Shown piece by piece: positions 9,341 through 19,058 of a DNA stretch of 52,615 nt (positions within the stretch are counted from its first letter, which is position 1; every line of letters begins with the position of its first letter). The stretch spans positions 1 to 52,615 of the forward strand of contig JAGYLJ010000005.1 of the NCBI GenBank assembly GCA_018401295.1, read 5' to 3'. Source of the stretch: a bacterium (lineage in GTDB: Bacteria > Patescibacteriota > Minisyncoccia > Phycocordibacterales > UBA12079). A model generated the notes under the pieces. The model had not been told where the DNA came from and made no database searches. It worked only from the letters and a program-made list of their open reading frames with translations. Position numbers and translations under genes: made by a program.

Positions 9341-10057
9341 ATGAAAAATAAAATTTTAATGTTTGGTTTGTTGGTCGGAATTTTTACCTTCACTAACAAT
9401 GCCTCAGCTGTCAGCCAAAATAGTCCTAAAGTGGTAGATACAATAAATCAAGTTCAACAAGTACAAGCTAACAACCAAGGAGAAAATACCCCTCTCCAAG
9501 AGCAAACACAATTACAAACACAAGAAGCAGAAACAAACGACGTTCCTGTTCAAAACCAGAATCAGCAACAAAACCAAGGTGAAGAAAACCAGATCCAAAA
9601 TCAAGAAACAATTGGAATAGAAGAAAGTGGTTCAGCCATAGCAGAACAAAGAAAAAGCCAAGTCGCCAATGCTGTCCACGAGATGCTACAAATTGCTGAA
9701 AGAAATAGTGGAATCGGCGAACAAGTCAGATTGATTGCTCAAGCTCAAAATCAAAATCAGGAACAATTAGAATCCAGTTTAGAAAAAGTTCAAAAAAGAA
9801 ACGAATTTACTAAACTCTTTTTTGGTCCAGATTACGGAGAAATTAGTAAAGCGGAACAAGTTTTGGAACAAAACAGAGAGCAAATTGAACAATTAAGTCA
9901 ACTACAGACTCAATTAACAAATCAGGCTGATCAACAAGTTTTAACTCAACAAATTCAATTATTAGAACAAGCTAATTTAGAAATTGAAAATTCTCTAAAT
10001 AAACAGAAAGGCGGGTTTAGTTTATTAGGTTGGATGTTTAAATTATTTAATAAATAA
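9341..10057 (+). CDS. secreted Gln/Asn-rich coiled-coil hypothetical protein
   Basis: Signal peptide ending ASA; Q/N-rich low-complexity region; coiled-coil C-terminus ending FSLLGW. Confidence 0.8.
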   Translation: MKNKILMFGLLVGIFTFTNNASAVSQNSPKVVDTINQVQQVQANNQGENTPLQEQTQLQTQEAETNDVPVQNQNQQQNQGEENQIQNQETIGIEESGSAIAEQRKSQVANAVHEMLQIAERNSGIGEQVRLIAQAQNQNQEQLESSLEKVQKRNEFTKLFFGPDYGEISKAEQVLEQNREQIEQLSQLQTQLTNQADQQVLTQQIQLLEQANLEIENSLNKQKGGFSLLGWMFKLFNK

Positions 10058-10111
10058 TTTTAGACAAAAAATAAAATAATCAAATAAAAATCTCTTCGGT
10101 GGAAGAGATTT

Positions 10112-10387
10112 TTATTTGATTATTTTAATCGCCTGCCCTTTAATTAAGGCAAGAGAGATTTTTTTATAGGCAGAAGATAAAATTCTTTGAAAAGTGCTTT
10201 GAGATGTCTTCATTTCTTCAGCACATTCATTTTGATCCAAATTTTCTAAATTTTTCAAACGCAAAGCCTCTAACTCTTCTTTGGTTAACTCAACCTCATT
10301 CAAAATCCGCAAAGGTACTCCTCGCGGTTTAAAATATGTTATTTGCGGATTAAAACGTACCCGCCTTCCTAATCTTGGTCTTGGCAT
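10112..10387 (-). CDS. DUF134 family HTH protein
   Basis: MPRPR..R.V...P...YFKPRG, EELEALRL, Q.ECAEEM..SQSTFQRIL. Confidence 0.9.
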   Translation of the reverse strand: MPRPRLGRRVRFNPQITYFKPRGVPLRILNEVELTKEELEALRLKNLENLDQNECAEEMKTSQSTFQRILSSAYKKISLALIKGQAIKIIK

Positions 10388-10452
10388 AAAATTAAAATAA
10401 TTATACAGCAAAACCCCGTCTTGCCCACCTTAGACAAGTCGGGGTTTTTGAC

Positions 10453-10653
10453 TTAGGCATTCCGTCCGCATCCATTAGGACGGTTACGCAATCCTAGGCC
10501 CGTACCTTTACGTCTTCGGCCTTGCCCACATCCCATTCCTTGACCACGACCATCCATTGGTCGGTTTTGAGGATCAGCATCGGCACATCTACCCATTTGT
10601 CCGCCAGTTTTAGGACCTTTACCAGCAGGGCCTGTTCCATCAAATTTCGGCAT
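10453..10653 (-). CDS. DUF5320-like Gly/Arg-rich small protein
   Basis: MPKFDGTGPAGKGPKTG..MGRC N-terminus; usual neighbour of DUF134. Confidence 0.8.
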   Translation of the reverse strand: MPKFDGTGPAGKGPKTGGQMGRCADADPQNRPMDGRGQGMGCGQGRRRKGTGLGLRNRPNGCGRNA

Positions 10654-11165
10654 AATATTATATTTAGTCGAAAGTCTCTAATGTCTAAAGTCGAAAGTGA
10701 AAAATTTGCTTCCTAAACCAAAACTTCGTTTTGGTCGGACGAACATCAAAGATGTTTTAGTCGCAAATTTTTTGACTTTATGGACTTTACGGACTTTATG
10801 AACTTCTGACTATATTTATTAATTCATTTTATTAAACAAGATAAATAGTTCGACCCACTGGCTATTCCAAAGCTATCTATAGTTATGAGTATATACCCAT
10901 TAGATTTTAAAGTCAAATGATTTTCTTGTCATCTACTTTTATGATAAAATATTTACCCTGTTAAATAAATTTAAATTTTTATAGAGATATGTTTTATGTA
11001 TATGTGATATAATTAAAAAGAGATAAGAAATCCTACACAAGACATACAAAAAATTTAAAGTTAAGATTTGACGAAAGCAAGAGATAAAATAGTATAAATA
11101 AAAAATATTATTAATTAACAATTAATATTTAGATATAGAGTCAAATCTTATTTAACAGGGTGAAT

Positions 11166-11655
11166 ATGGAAAAAGAAATAAAATGGCAGGCTTTTGAATA
11201 TGAACATACAACAAAATCCGCTGATTGGTTTTGATTGTTTGGATTATAGCAATCGGTATTGCAATCACAAATTCTCATTTATTTAACAACCCTCCTCTTT
11301 GGAAGATGTATTCTTATTAGTGCCTTTAGTCTTTCCATTTACGCAAGCAGAAAACCAGATTTATTAAATTTTACTTCCTCTCAGAGAGAGGATTTCTCAT
11401 CAAAGGGAAATTAGTACCATTTTCTGCAATACAATCATTCTGGGTAGAAAAGACCACCCGACCTCAACAAAGATAAACGGGCAAGGAAAGATCATTCTTC
11501 AATCCCAAACTAAAACTATCCCATATATTATCATTCCTCTATCAAAAGATGTTGACAAATTGAAGAGATAAGAGAGTATCTATTAAAACATCTTAAAAGA
11601 GGAAGAACACCAAGAAACTCTATTTCAAAAACTTTTCGAGAAATTAGGTTTTTAA
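11166..11655 (+). pseudogene. frameshifted CPR-type membrane hypothetical protein
   Basis: Begins MEKEIKWQAFEYEHTTKSADWF, then repeated indels; fragments ..IQSFWVE.. and ..FEKLGF* remain readable. Confidence 0.6.
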
Positions 11656-11665
11656 TTTTTTAAAT

Positions 11666-11737
11666 GTCCCCATAGTTTAATGGATAGAACGTGACTTTGC
11701 GGAAGTCATGATGTAGGTTCGATTCCTACTGGGGGCA
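11666..11737 (+). tRNA. tRNA-Arg(GCG)
   Basis: GTCCCCA/TGGGGGC acceptor, TGACT-TTGCGGA-AGTCA anticodon arm, GGTTCGATTCC. Confidence 0.9.
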
Positions 11738-11839
11738 CAAATTCGTCAAGACGGTAAAAAGCCACTGCTCTACATGTACCCATGTCTTGACCACAAAAAG
11801 GACCTGAACACACTTCAGTTCTTTGTATTTTTATCTATG

Positions 11840-12356
11840 TTATTTTGTTTTATTAAACTAATTATGTAACTTTTAGGAACTGCCCCAAAATTTCTAGAAT
11901 CTTTACTGTCCGTTATATTGTCACCGAAAACAAAACTGTATCTTTGGTAAATATCCATCTTCTGGTATATAGTCCTAACATTTTTATTTCATTAGGCTAA
12001 AAATATAAATCTGTCCTACTGAATTTTTCATTACATCCCCATTTATCAGTAAATTTTTATCTTATTTCAAGGAAATCTCTTTATCAGTGGCCTTTACTAC
12101 CTTTATTAATAAATTTTCATTGGCAGAATGCTTAAATAAAACAATATCACCTCTTCTCTACTGTGTTATTTTTATAATAATCATCAACAACATTTACCAC
12201 TTCACCATGTGAAAACATTGGTTGCATAGAACTTCCGTTCACTATAATCTAATTTTTGCCCAACAATTTCTAAACAGAATTGTTTTGAAAGAAAAATACT
12301 TAATACAATAACGAACACTGTAAATAAGATTAAATGTATCTTTTTTTGTTATGCAT
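11840..12356 (-). pseudogene. frameshifted signal peptidase I (S26) homologue
   Basis: Manual translation gives VNGSSMQPMF, RGDIVLF..LLIKVV and VFGDN...SKDSRNFGAVP in different frames; 3' end approximate. Confidence 0.7.
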
Positions 12357-12419
12357 AGAGTTGATTATATCATTTTTAATCTGATTTTTTAATAATTTTA
12401 TCACTTATTATTTAGCATC

Positions 12420-13606
12420 TTCTAAACCTTGAAAGAAGGGGAAAATGCTTTTTTATGCCTTTTGTTATACAAATGTATTTAGCAAAATCAAAAGAGAAAG
12501 ATTTTTATAAACAAGTTGACACAGTTATAGTTACAGAAAATTTATAAAAACAACCTTAAATATGAATTTAAAACTGCTAAAAATTCTTTAGTTGATTTTC
12601 AGTTATCTCTCCATTTTGATTTTCTATAATCTTGTTCCATTCCATTATCTTTTTATAAAACTTCTTTTATTTCTTTGCCCAATATAAATACGGTAAGGTT
12701 TAATTATTACCCCTAAAAATGAAACCCCTTAGTAAAAACTGTAAATAAATTTTTTTAGGGTGAATTTCCAAACTGCCTTTTTCTTAAATAATTGTGCTGA
12801 TTTTCGGAATTTAGAGATTTTTAAATTATTCTTTTATCTTGATGAACAAAACCATATCATCAACATACCTTATGTAATATTTACACCTTAATTAGTTTTC
12901 ACAAAGTGGTCAAAATCATTCAGGTAAACATTTCCAAAAAGTTGCGAGGTTAAATTACCAATCGGTAGACCCTCCCTGTTTAGTACAAAATAGGGATTTA
13001 GTTTTCGGTAAACCTACCCAATCACTCCCTTTACCTCTAATACAAAACAATGTTTTGGTTGATCATGAAAGATATTTAAATTGATTAAATGAAGTAATAA
13101 ATCTTTATTAATATTCAATTGCCCACCAAAACGATCAATCACTTTTTCTACTTTTTTGAAGAAAATTTCTATCAATCGACATAAAATACCCTTTAATATC
13201 TAATTTCAACACGTAACAATCTTGAGAATAATTTTTAGAGCAAGTACAAATAAAATAATCAAGTCTTTAATTCCTAAAGAAACTCCTTTTTTAAGTCGGC
13301 AACTATAGTAACTATCATAAATAAAAAGCCGTTCAAAAATGGATTTAAATGATTATAAATCAAATGATGGACAATTTATCTCTAAAATTGTCTAAAAATT
13401 TCTTCGTTGCACGGGGACTAAAAGACACAAAACACAAAACTACGAGAGATATCGTATTGATTATTTATAATTTCCTGATAAAGTTGAAATAAATTTTTTT
13501 CATAATTCATTTCAAAAGCTAAACAGTCTGAAGATTTTCTTTTATTTTTTCGGGCATCATAATAGGCCTTAAATAAATCTACTAAAAGTTTAGGTGGTTG
13601 TTGCAT
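12420..13606 (-). pseudogene. DGR reverse transcriptase, multiply frameshifted as given
   Basis: LFKAYYDARKNKR N-terminus, YVLKLDIKGYFMSID, GLPIGNLTSQLFGNVYLNDFDHF (about 12903-12971), RYVDD (YVDD 12856-12867), FLG; 3' end approximate. Confidence 0.9.
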
Positions 13607-13619
13607 ATATTTTAAATTA

Positions 13620-13646
13620 AAGAGCGGATGCTTCGCATCCGCTCTT
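13620..13646 (-). other. hairpin between TR and RT
   Basis: AAGAGCGGATGC-GAA-GCATCCGCTCTT, 12-bp perfect stem. Confidence 0.75.
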
Positions 13647-13664
13647 AATAATTCACCAGTCCTA

Positions 13665-13840
13665 TAGACAACGGACGGAAAAGCCGTTCGCCTGATCGTT
13701 TGGGTTGCGGTTGACAGTAGAGTTGCTAGAGTTCAGGTTGCGTTTCCAAGCATTAGCCCCTGAGATAGAAGACGACCAAAAGTTCGCGTTCGTACCCAAA
13801 TTGTTGAAAGACCCATCGGTATTGCGGTTGCCGGAAAGAA
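13665..13840 (-). repeat. DGR template repeat (TR)
   Basis: 176-bp ungapped match to 14439-14614; AAC-rich in the target frame; all 20 mismatches are A in TR. Confidence 0.97.
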
Positions 13841-14019
13841 CCTATAGCTATAAGTAACCGTTTCATTCCTCTTTCATTCTGAAAGAAAAAAAGAAGTTTA
13901 ACAAAAAATGTCAAAAAATTCCTTAGTCTAAAAAACTAAGCAGGTTACGGAACTGATGTTATGTGTACTCTTATTTTTGCCTTAACAAAAATAACTCTGA
14001 CAACGATATTATATCATAC

Positions 14020-14364
14020 TTATTCACAAGATTTTTTCCAAGCTGATAATTGTTTACTGATTGATTCTATTTGTTCATTTAATATTATAAATTTTTTTAA
14101 ATTTATTTGTTTTAAATCTTTTATTAATCTTAAATATAATCGGATGGTTTCAGTATTTTTCTGAGCAATAATAATTTTTTCTTTTCTTTCAACAATTTCT
14201 CTATTGCTAAAATAAATATTACTTAGCAAGTCTACCACTTCCTTTTTAATACTTTCACCTAAAGTATATTTATAATCCTTAGAAAAATTATTGCTAAAAA
14301 TAAATAAATTTAATAACAATTCGTAACTTGTTCTATAAACTGGGAGATTAGAATAAATAGACAT
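14020..14364 (-). CDS. avd: DGR accessory variability determinant (four-helix bundle)
   Basis: LPVYR.SYELL...F.KDYKYTLGE.IK..IRL.LRL.KDL..I.KQL.AW; located between target and TR. Confidence 0.88.
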   Translation of the reverse strand: MSIYSNLPVYRTSYELLLNLFIFSNNFSKDYKYTLGESIKKEVVDLLSNIYFSNREIVERKEKIIIAQKNTETIRLYLRLIKDLKQINLKKFIILNEQIESISKQLSAWKKSCE

Positions 14365-14377
14365 TTTTCAAAAAATT

Positions 14378-14428
14378 AAACGAGGCTTCGCCTCTTTAAA
14401 AAAAGAGTCAAAGGGTCAAAGGGTCGAA
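14378..14428 (-). promoter_or_regulatory. candidate cis-acting hairpin and short repeats 3' of VR
   Basis: GAGGC-GAA-GCCTC hairpin at 14382-14394; CCTTTGAC tandem repeats at 14407-14428, just after the target stop codon. Confidence 0.6.
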
Positions 14429-14429
14429 T

Positions 14430-15932
14430 TCAGTTCTTTAGACAACGGACGGAAAAGCCGCTCGCCTGATCGCCTGGGAAGCGGTGGACAGTAGAGTAGC
14501 TAGAGTACAGGTAGCGTTCCCAAGCACTAGCCCCTGAGATAGAAGACGACCAAAAGACCGCGTACGTACCCAAACCGTCGAAAGACCCACCGGTACTGCG
14601 GTAGCCGGAAAGAAGACCTTCAAAACCTGAGGAACCCCCCGTTTTTAAAGCTGTTCCTGCAGGATCACAGTCCCATACCCCTGAACGGCTTGTGTCACAA
14701 GTCCCTGTTGATAAATATTGATCAAGAGTGTCCTGTTCTGCGTCTGTAGGAATATGCCAACCAGCAGGGCAAATTCCTTGAGCTCCTGCTGTTTCAACAT
14801 ATTGCATCGCTTCATCCCAATTGTAGAAACCGCCGTAAGTAGTACAGTTAGCATCACTGTTGTCATAACACCACTTTTCTATTGTTCCGTTGTTAGTCGG
14901 TTCGGTAGCTCCTGAGGCTAATTTTGTTCCGATGTTTAAGTTTTCAGAGAACCAACACTGTGCCCCTATTTGGACAGTTGCGTAACTTTGCCCTCCATGA
15001 CGAATTGTTTTTCCACAACCTGTTTCTTCCACAATCCAGTTACTTCCATCACAATAGGTTATGGCACTGGCCCCTTCATCCCAACCTAATTGGTTTTCTA
15101 TCCCAGCTGTACAAGTTGTTCCGTCTGGCCACAATTCTGTTTTACTGGTTCCTGAAGCAGCGTCTACATAAGCTTTGGTAGCTACGTGGTCATCGGCTGT
15201 AGGAGTATCAGCAATGATATTTCCATTAATTTCTAATTTAGCGATTGGCGTAGTCGTCCCCACCCCCACATTCCCACTTGTATCAATAGTCATCTTAGAA
15301 GTCCCATTAGTAATAAATCTTAAGTCTGTATTAGTGTAGGTACCTATGAGACCTTGGGAGGTTCCTGACCAGATACCTGTGGTAATAGAGTTAGTGACAT
15401 CTGTGACTTTGAGAGCTTGTTGTCCTGTACCTGATAGTTCTAAGAGAGCTGAAGGAGTGGAGGTACCTACTCCGATGTTGCCTATGTTGTAATAGATATC
15501 AGAAGAGCCACTCCATTTACCCATATCTCCTACAGCATCAATCAGAGTACCGTCAGGTAATTGGAAACCTTCTGTGGAATAGATTTTACCTACTACTGAT
15601 AGCTTCTGTACTGGAGTGGTAGTGCCTACTCCGACATTCCCTGTGTTGTAATAGAGGTTATCTCCTAGTTTAGTCCAGAGGGTAGCTAAAGCTGTAATGA
15701 TGTATTCTAGTCTTTCTATGAGACTACCGTCATTGTTAGCTGTAACGGTGGAAGAATCAAAGTCATTGTCTGCATTGTTAGCTCCGAGGATGTTTTGTGG
15801 GAAGTCTTGATTGGAAGAAGCTGGACCCACTGTGGGTTCGATGAAGGCAGCTTGGGTGGTATTAGTAACTACAATGATTAACATCATTGTAGTTAGTAAT
15901 ATCACTGTTAAATTTCCTAATCCTTTGTGCAT
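14430..15932 (-). CDS. DGR target: secreted GNVG(I/V)GT-repeat protein with C-terminal Fibrobacter major paralogous (C-type-lectin-fold) domain
   Basis: Signal peptide; YATVQIGAQCWFSENL, YGGFYNW, GICPAGWHIPT..E, FWSSS, GFSVRCLKN. Confidence 0.93.
   Translation of the reverse strand: MHKGLGNLTVILLTTMMLIIVVTNTTQAAFIEPTVGPASSNQDFPQNILGANNADNDFDSSTVTANNDGSLIERLEYIITALATLWTKLGDNLYYNTGNVGVGTTTPVQKLSVVGKIYSTEGFQLPDGTLIDAVGDMGKWSGSSDIYYNIGNIGVGTSTPSALLELSGTGQQALKVTDVTNSITTGIWSGTSQGLIGTYTNTDLRFITNGTSKMTIDTSGNVGVGTTTPIAKLEINGNIIADTPTADDHVATKAYVDAASGTSKTELWPDGTTCTAGIENQLGWDEGASAITYCDGSNWIVEETGCGKTIRHGGQSYATVQIGAQCWFSENLNIGTKLASGATEPTNNGTIEKWCYDNSDANCTTYGGFYNWDEAMQYVETAGAQGICPAGWHIPTDAEQDTLDQYLSTGTCDTSRSGVWDCDPAGTALKTGGSSGFEGLLSGYRSTGGSFDGLGTYAVFWSSSISGASAWERYLYSSYSTVHRFPGDQASGFSVRCLKN
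14439..14614 (-). repeat. DGR variable repeat (VR)
   Basis: 3' end of target gene; differs from TR only at TR adenines. Confidence 0.97.
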
Positions 15933-16168
15933 AAATTTATTTACTTTATTATTATTTTAACATAAATAGTGGGGGGGGGGTAGAGAGATTTAAATTTATA
16001 TGTGGATAACTAAGTTATTTAACTTATTTGTTGTTTGTTTAATTACCATGAACTTACCATCTTGTGATAGTGTAGATTTCTGATAATATAGCATCAATGT
16101 AACGATGATTTATTAACTTTTTTAACCTCTGTGACTAAATTTCGGAAGTTGTCTCGACAAGGATAGCA

Positions 16169-17143
16169 CTATTTACTTAAAACCCTCACATCCAAAATCC
16201 TAGCCAAGGACTCTATCTCCCCTGTTCGTGAAAATGTTGGTGTGCCTAAATAACAATTTTCTTTAAGTAAAACAGCGGCTCCACCAGAGTTGCCTTTTTC
16301 CACCTTAGCTGAAGTGATAAAATAATCGGAATCAAAACCTGCAATAATTCCCTCTGTCACCGTCACATTTTTTTGGTCACCAATACTAGGATAACCTAAA
16401 ATAACCAACTCATCTCCTAAATTAGGATTGTTTGTACATAATAATGGGGAATTTTTTACAAGAGTCTTCACATATTCACTAGGAAAATCTATAGTAACAA
16501 TTCCCCAATCAAAACCTCCATCTAAGACAGAAATATTATTAGAGACAATAAAAACATCTTTCTGTGGAAATTTAACAATACAATTATTAGCAACAGTATT
16601 ATTATTTGAAGATATATCAGAAATAACATGTTTATTTGTTAAAACAGTAATCGAATCCCCTTCCCATTTAACCAGTAAACCTGACCCATTGGACTGTAGA
16701 ACTAATTCCCCTGTATTAGGATGATAGGAACGACATTCTAAAGAAACAACATAGGGGCCCCACTGATTAACAACACTCGTTAATTCAATTTTTTCAGTCT
16801 CTGCAATTTTTTCCTCTAAACTTAAAATCTGTTTTTGAGCTAATACTTTTTCGTCAGTTTGACTTTCCTCAAAGGAAATTCTCTTTTCTCTTTCTGAAAG
16901 TAAATCTGACTCTAGCTTTGACAAACCTTCTTCGTTTACTTTTTGTAGTTGTTTAACTTCTGAGTTAATTTCATCTAATTTATCTGACTGTTTAGCAATT
17001 AAATTATTTATCAATAAAAAATTAGTCTTTATTTCCCGTAATTGATTAAATCCGAACCAAACTGACAGCAAAACAACCAAAAATAGCAATATTAATAATT
17101 GAGTGACCTGTTTCTTTTTAATTTTAAAATTTAAATTTAACAC
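16169..17143 (-). CDS. membrane-anchored trypsin-like serine protease with coiled-coil stalk
   Basis: GSG, VLTNKHVI (His), DWGIV (Asp), LGYP, GNSGG (Ser). Confidence 0.85.
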   Translation of the reverse strand: MLNLNFKIKKKQVTQLLILLFLVVLLSVWFGFNQLREIKTNFLLINNLIAKQSDKLDEINSEVKQLQKVNEEGLSKLESDLLSEREKRISFEESQTDEKVLAQKQILSLEEKIAETEKIELTSVVNQWGPYVVSLECRSYHPNTGELVLQSNGSGLLVKWEGDSITVLTNKHVISDISSNNNTVANNCIVKFPQKDVFIVSNNISVLDGGFDWGIVTIDFPSEYVKTLVKNSPLLCTNNPNLGDELVILGYPSIGDQKNVTVTEGIIAGFDSDYFITSAKVEKGNSGGAAVLLKENCYLGTPTFSRTGEIESLARILDVRVLSK

Positions 17144-17215
17144 TACTTATATTATATGATATATAAAAAAATCACGAAACTAATTTTTATTTTCGTGATT
17201 TTTTAATGTAATTTG

Positions 17216-17476
17216 TTAAATATTTTTAATCGCCCTTGCTAAACGAGATTTCTTTCTCGCCGCGGTATTTTTTTTAATCACTCCTCTCTTAGCTGCTTTA
17301 TCTATTGCTTTGTAAGCTGAAGACAAATTATTCATAGCTTCCTCCTTGTTTTTACCAAGGACAAGTTTATCAATAGTTTTAATTGAGTCCTTCATAACTC
17401 TCTTACGACGCAAGTTAAAAACCATCTTCCTCTGAGAACCTCTTAAAGCTTTTTTAGCTGATTTAATTACTGGCAT
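17216..17476 (-). CDS. rpsT: 30S ribosomal protein S20
   Basis: MPVIKSAKKALR..AYKAIDKAAKRGVIKKNTAARKKSRL. Confidence 0.96.
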   Translation of the reverse strand: MPVIKSAKKALRGSQRKMVFNLRRKRVMKDSIKTIDKLVLGKNKEEAMNNLSSAYKAIDKAAKRGVIKKNTAARKKSRLARAIKNI

Positions 17477-17551
17477 ATGCAAAGAGATTACTATATTTTA
17501 TAAAAAAAAGCAATAAGAAAGGCGGTCCAGAGGACCGCCCTTAAGTAAAAA

Positions 17552-17941
17552 TTATTCATAGGTCTTCACCAAAAGAGGATCTCTATAGCCACACCTCTTA
17601 CCCTTCAAACGACCAGTTGCATCGGCCTCACAGAGCCTTTTATAAAAAAATTCTGCTTTTGTGTGGTTATCAAACCAGAAGTAAAAGCGCTTCTTAGAGA
17701 ACCATCCCTGAAAGAGACATTCGACTGAATACTGCCCAATTTTCTCTCTAAGATATTTTAAGAGAAAAGAATTGTCTTGATGACCTGTCCTTAAAATAAT
17801 CTGATCGGAATACCAAGAGAGAAAAAATTTTCCTTCTTCCCCATCCACGAGAACTTTCCCCGAAACTCTCTTCTTTTGTTTATTCACATTAACAGAAAAA
17901 AACAAATCTCCCAAAAAATCATCGGCGTATTTCTCAAACAT
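17552..17941 (-). CDS. orphan hypothetical protein with strong SD and own terminator
   Basis: 129-aa ORF; AAGGAGG upstream; GGCGGTCC hairpin at about 17519-17542. Confidence 0.7.
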   Translation of the reverse strand: MFEKYADDFLGDLFFSVNVNKQKKRVSGKVLVDGEEGKFFLSWYSDQIILRTGHQDNSFLLKYLREKIGQYSVECLFQGWFSKKRFYFWFDNHTKAEFFYKRLCEADATGRLKGKRCGYRDPLLVKTYE

Positions 17942-18038
17942 TAGTTTTCCTCCTTATAATTAGAGATTAACCATATAAAAAAGAGCGACAAAACTTTTAT
18001 ACTTTCTACTTTTCCTTTTTTAATCTATACTTATTTAT

Positions 18039-18608
18039 ATGATTAGTCAATTAACAGGACAAATTAGTTATAAAAGTGATAACTACACTATCCTAAACGT
18101 TTCGGGGATTGGTTATAAAGTCTTTGTTACAATAGAGATATTACAGGAATTACAATCAAATAAACCAGAGGATAAAATAACACTCTGGACTCACCTAGCT
18201 GTTAGAGAAAATTCTCTTGACCTATATGGTTTCCTAAACAAAACAGACTTAAACTTTTTTGAAATGCTCATTACTATCTCGGGAATAGGTCCTAAAACAG
18301 CTCTAGGAATTTTAAATGTAGCCACAGTAGATACTTTAATTTCTGCTATTTCTTCCAAGGATACAAGCTACCTGACAAAGGTATCCGGTATTGGCCAAAA
18401 AAATGCTGAAAAAATAATATTAGAACTAAAAAATAAAATAACCGATATTGAGAGCAATAATCCAAACAACCAAGATGACATTGATGTTATTGATGCCTTA
18501 AAAGCGTTAGGTTATTCTGGAAGAGACGCTATGGAAGCTCTCAAAAAAATACCTAAGACAATCACAGATGTTGGTGGTAAAATTAAAGAAGCTATCAAAT
18601 TTCTCTAA
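18039..18608 (+). CDS. ruvA: Holliday junction branch migration protein RuvA
   Basis: MISQLTG, GIGYKV, HLAVRE..LDLYGF, ISGIGPKTAL, GIG.K.AEKIILELK, ALKALGY. Confidence 0.96.
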   Translation: MISQLTGQISYKSDNYTILNVSGIGYKVFVTIEILQELQSNKPEDKITLWTHLAVRENSLDLYGFLNKTDLNFFEMLITISGIGPKTALGILNVATVDTLISAISSKDTSYLTKVSGIGQKNAEKIILELKNKITDIESNNPNNQDDIDVIDALKALGYSGRDAMEALKKIPKTITDVGGKIKEAIKFL

Positions 18609-18668
18609 AGAAACTATATAGTTTCTTTAAAGAAACTTGAATTAAAAATGATAAATTAAAAATTAAAA

Positions 18669-19022
18669 ATGACTGAAAAAGATAATTTGATACAAAAGAA
18701 AAGTTTTGATTTTGCTCTAAAAATTATTTCTTTATACAAAGAGCTTATTGAACAGAAAGAATATATAATATCTAAACAGTTAATTAGGAGCGGGACAAGT
18801 ATCGGGGCGAATATAGAGGAGTCTCTCGGAGGTCAAAGTAAAAAAGATTTTGTCCACAAGATGACAATATCTTTGAAGGAATCGCGAGAGACTAGATATT
18901 GGTTGAATTTGTTAAAAGAAAGTAATCTAGTTAATATAAATATTGATAGATATCTAGTTGAAATTAACGAAATAATATGTATTTTAACAAAAATAATAAA
19001 AACATCGTTAAAAAATTTATAA
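18669..19022 (+). CDS. four-helix bundle protein (23S rRNA IVP / TIGR02436-like)
   Basis: KSFDFALKII..ISKQLIRSGTSIGANIEE...QSKKDF..K..I.LKE.RET.YWL. Confidence 0.9.
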   Translation: MTEKDNLIQKKSFDFALKIISLYKELIEQKEYIISKQLIRSGTSIGANIEESLGGQSKKDFVHKMTISLKESRETRYWLNLLKESNLVNINIDRYLVEINEIICILTKIIKTSLKNL

Positions 19023-19058
19023 TCTTTCATTTTTAATTTTTAATTTTTAATTCCATTT

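Larger units (their letters stand above)
12420..15932 (-). mobile_element. diversity-generating retroelement (target-VR, avd, TR, RT)
   Basis: All canonical components present on one strand in canonical order. Confidence 0.95.

Noticed and set aside
13418-13606. 62-aa ORF as an independent gene
   Set aside because: It is the N-terminus of the frameshifted DGR RT
11166-13606. Alternative genetic code (TGA=Gly) explaining the broken ORFs
   Set aside because: The breaks are frame changes, other genes are intact under code 11, and some end in TGA
14438-15181. Short alternate-frame and antisense ORFs within the DGR target (and similar ones within polA, pilB, secD/F, miaA)
   Set aside because: Shadow ORFs of well-supported genes, with no recognisable motifs
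11738-16160. Integrase-mobilised island or prophage at tRNA-Arg(GCG)
   Set aside because: No integrase, phage genes or flanking att duplication found at the far end
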